Shown in pieces: positions 61,669 to 64,000 of a stretch of 64,000 bases of DNA. The DNA lies in contig CAXXHB010000003.1 of NCBI GenBank assembly GCA_963664815.2, forward strand, positions 1,696,001 to 1,760,000, in the 5' to 3' direction. The position numbers and the translations under genes are program-made. Within the stretch, counting starts at the first letter, position 1. Each line of letters begins with the position of its first letter. The stretch comes from Spirochaetota bacterium (lineage in GTDB: Bacteria > Spirochaetota > UBA4802 > UBA5550). The notes below the pieces were generated by a model, which ran no database searches, had not been told where the DNA came from, and saw only the letters and a list, made by a program, of their open reading frames with translations.

Positions 61669-62334
61669 ATGGGAAACAGATATTATATCATCGGGGATAT
61701 TCATGGCCATCTTTTAAAGCTGAAGAAAATTATCACTTATATAAACAATGATATCAAACCTGAAGATTCAATAATATTTCTGGGGGATTATATTGACAGA
61801 GGACCGTCTTCATTTGAAGTAATTGAATTTTTAATTGAGTTAACAAACAGATTTAAAGTTATTTTTTTAACGGGAAATCATGAAGATATGTTTATAAGGT
61901 TTGTAAACATAGGCGATAATTACAGTAACTATTTCAGTAATGGGGGCGGATACACGATAAAGAGTTATGAGGCAAATATGCATGATTTTATTATACCTGA
62001 AAACCATAAAATGTTTTATAATAACCTGAAGCTTTATTTTGAAGGAGATGATTTTATTGCAGTACATGCCGGGCTTAATCCTGGTGTGAAGCAATTAAAT
62101 GAACAGAAAAGAAGTGATCTTATATGGATCCGTGAAAACTTCTATAGATCTCATGTGAAATGGGAGAAAACAGTTATTTTCGGTCATACGCCAACAACAT
62201 ACCTGAATAATTCTGATGCAGTTTATATAGACGAAAAAAGAAATATTATAGGAATTGATACAAATGCCATGTCTTCCGGCTATCCTCTTTCATGTATAAG
62301 ATGGCCTGACAGGAAAATCTACCAGGCGTATTAA
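61669..62334 (+). CDS. PPP-family Ser/Thr metallophosphatase
   Basis: GDIHG, GDYIDRG, GNHE, VHAG, FGHT, IDT. Confidence 0.92.
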   Translation: MGNRYYIIGDIHGHLLKLKKIITYINNDIKPEDSIIFLGDYIDRGPSSFEVIEFLIELTNRFKVIFLTGNHEDMFIRFVNIGDNYSNYFSNGGGYTIKSYEANMHDFIIPENHKMFYNNLKLYFEGDDFIAVHAGLNPGVKQLNEQKRSDLIWIRENFYRSHVKWEKTVIFGHTPTTYLNNSDAVYIDEKRNIIGIDTNAMSSGYPLSCIRWPDRKIYQAY

Positions 62335-62354
62335 GAATATTTTATGAGGGAATA

Positions 62355-63542
62355 ATGCTGTTTAAATTAAAAATTTTCGTTTTAATAATTCTGCTTTATA
62401 CGTCTGTTTTATACGCAGAGTATTCCAGAAAAGGAATAATCGAATCTTTGCGTGAAGATGGATACATTACTGTTCTGCTTGATAGTAAAGCTGACAGAGA
62501 TCTTTATTATATTGCCACAGGTGAAAAAATCATAGGGAATATTTCATCATTAAAACAGATTCCCGATGTTCTCGGAAAAAAGAGGTATATCTGCAGGTAT
62601 TCTCTTATTAATGAAGAATACAGGCAGATTTTACGACCCGGGATTGAGATTGTTGTCACGGATGCAGATAAAGAAATTGACAAAAGAGTGCAGAAAAATC
62701 CATATATAGATACAATAAATTTAAAACCTGAAATAATTTCTCTTATTGATAAAAGAGATATGATGCTGATCTCTGAAGGGAAGTTTCTTATGGGATGTTC
62801 CGATTGTGATGAAGATGAATTTCCCGAGCATATTGTGTTTCTCGGTGATTACTATATAGACAAATACGAAGTTTCAAACAGCGACTATAAAAAATATGCT
62901 GATATAAAGGGTTTACCTTATCCTGATTACTGGAATGATCAGTTGCAGGGGAAAACCGGATTTAAAAGCATCTATTTCGGATCGCTTCCGGTAATTGTTA
63001 CTTATTATGAAGCAGTTGACTATGCTACATGGGCGGGTAAGAGGCTTCCCAGTGAAGAGGAATGGGAAAAGGCATCCAGACCGCCAGCTTCCGGTGAAAC
63101 TCCCGGTAAAGCTTTTTCATACAGCTGGGGAAGCAATTTCAGGGAAGGTATAGCTAATACAGAAGAGTTCTGGACATCTGAAAAAAAAGGTGAAAATTTA
63201 AAGAAAATAATATGTGATAAATATGGGTTTAAATCCCTTGAAAAGGGTTATATACCGGTTGATATATATGAAAAAGAATCCCTGTCATATTATGGAGTTG
63301 CACACCTGGACGGAAATGCACTGGAATGGACTAATAGCTGGTATCTGCCATATACCGGGAATAAAAAAAGTAATAAGAAATATGGGAAACAATACAAAGT
63401 AATAAGGGGCGGTTCTTATTATATGTCCCGGATGGATGCAAGAATTACTGACAGAAAAACCGGAGGAATGCCTGATCTGTATAAAGACAGAATTGCCGGC
63501 TTCAGGTGTGTCAGGAATATTGCAGCAAGTGATAAAAAATAA
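62355..63542 (+). CDS. Exported FGE-sulfatase (SUMF1/PvdO-like) domain protein with N-terminal extension
   Basis: Signal peptide; FLMG, YIDKYEVSN, WAGKRLPSEEEWEKA, GNALEW, RGGSY, GFRCV. Confidence 0.88.
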   Translation: MLFKLKIFVLIILLYTSVLYAEYSRKGIIESLREDGYITVLLDSKADRDLYYIATGEKIIGNISSLKQIPDVLGKKRYICRYSLINEEYRQILRPGIEIVVTDADKEIDKRVQKNPYIDTINLKPEIISLIDKRDMMLISEGKFLMGCSDCDEDEFPEHIVFLGDYYIDKYEVSNSDYKKYADIKGLPYPDYWNDQLQGKTGFKSIYFGSLPVIVTYYEAVDYATWAGKRLPSEEEWEKASRPPASGETPGKAFSYSWGSNFREGIANTEEFWTSEKKGENLKKIICDKYGFKSLEKGYIPVDIYEKESLSYYGVAHLDGNALEWTNSWYLPYTGNKKSNKKYGKQYKVIRGGSYYMSRMDARITDRKTGGMPDLYKDRIAGFRCVRNIAASDKK

Positions 63543-63563
63543 TGGTAATACCAGGGTGTTAAT

Positions 63564-64000
63564 ATGAGAATTTTTTATTTTTTAGCAAGGAATATCAGTT
63601 ACACATTTGCTGTTACTTTTTTTATAAGCTTATTCTCTGTTGTTGAAGGTTTTATATCATATACTGCATCCAGTGCATTTGTTTTAACTTCATATGCCAA
63701 AGTAATGAGAATTTTTATACAATGGCTCCCGCCGGTGTTCCTGTTTGTGATTTTCTTATTCTATATTGCTTTCGGATTCCTGACTCCAATAAAAATACCG
63801 GCATTGATGAAACGCCACAGAAGAATCAACAGAGTTTATAAAAATAATTTAAAGGTTGAAACCGGTTTTTTGAAAGAAACATATGGTGATTTTTCAGACC
63901 TTGTAATGAATAATACGGCCAGTCAGCATATATTTATTTTATTAATAGCAATGATTATGGCAGCGATTGGAGGATGGAAATATTATTTTACTGGTGAAAT
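63564..64000 (+). CDS. Partial (3'-truncated) membrane protein
   Basis: ATG at 63564; frame open to the window end (MRIFYFLARNISYTFAVTFFISLFSVVEG...) with several hydrophobic segments. Confidence 0.6.
   Translation, partial: MRIFYFLARNISYTFAVTFFISLFSVVEGFISYTASSAFVLTSYAKVMRIFIQWLPPVFLFVIFLFYIAFGFLTPIKIPALMKRHRRINRVYKNNLKVETGFLKETYGDFSDLVMNNTASQHIFILLIAMIMAAIGGWKYYFTGE

Overview
AT-rich bacterial chromosomal window, probably from an anaerobic spirochaete-like organism. This is an inference from the FliY-type N-terminal peptide, tRNA-Arg(TCG), lipoproteins, CoA-transferases and MoeA-PBP; it is not proven. Left to right: (1) 1-3 kb, an unusual three-gene unit containing an unknown partial ORF, a single-chain 'C-ring' protein (FliM/FliY CheY-binding peptide + three SPOA/FliN-like domains + FliG middle/C-terminal domains, no FliG-N) and a MotA-like protein with no transmembrane helices; (2) 3-18.5 kb, a chemosensory/two-component cluster (cheD, short cheR, MBL hydrolase, poly-HAMP MCP, cheR, cheB, cheW, cheY, STAS, cheA, two hybrid kinases) with a NarL-type paralogue near each end and four copies of a 16-bp palindromic operator; (3) 18.5-21.1 kb, a phage-immunity-like islet with two XRE repressors and small orphan ORFs; (4) modABC divergent from two moeA genes; (5) an acyl-CoA cluster (three family-I CoA-transferases, two acyl-CoA dehydrogenases, a MerR/LiuR-type regulator with a long operator) plus a MORN-repeat protein; (6) a decayed patch next to tRNA-Arg(TCG); (7) housekeeping-type genes (MBL hydrolase, membrane spermidine-synthase-like protein, liv operon, asparaginase, NUDIX, TPR, bacterial cereblon, GT4, GlnR-like regulator, opp/yej ABC operon, PPP phosphatase, FGE-domain protein). 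No CRISPR array, rRNA or intact transposase was seen. The best candidate for an undescribed system is the membrane-free rotor/stator look-alike pair (FliN3-FliG fusion + soluble MotA) beside the chemosensory cluster. All calls are by-eye motif recognition, with no database searches.
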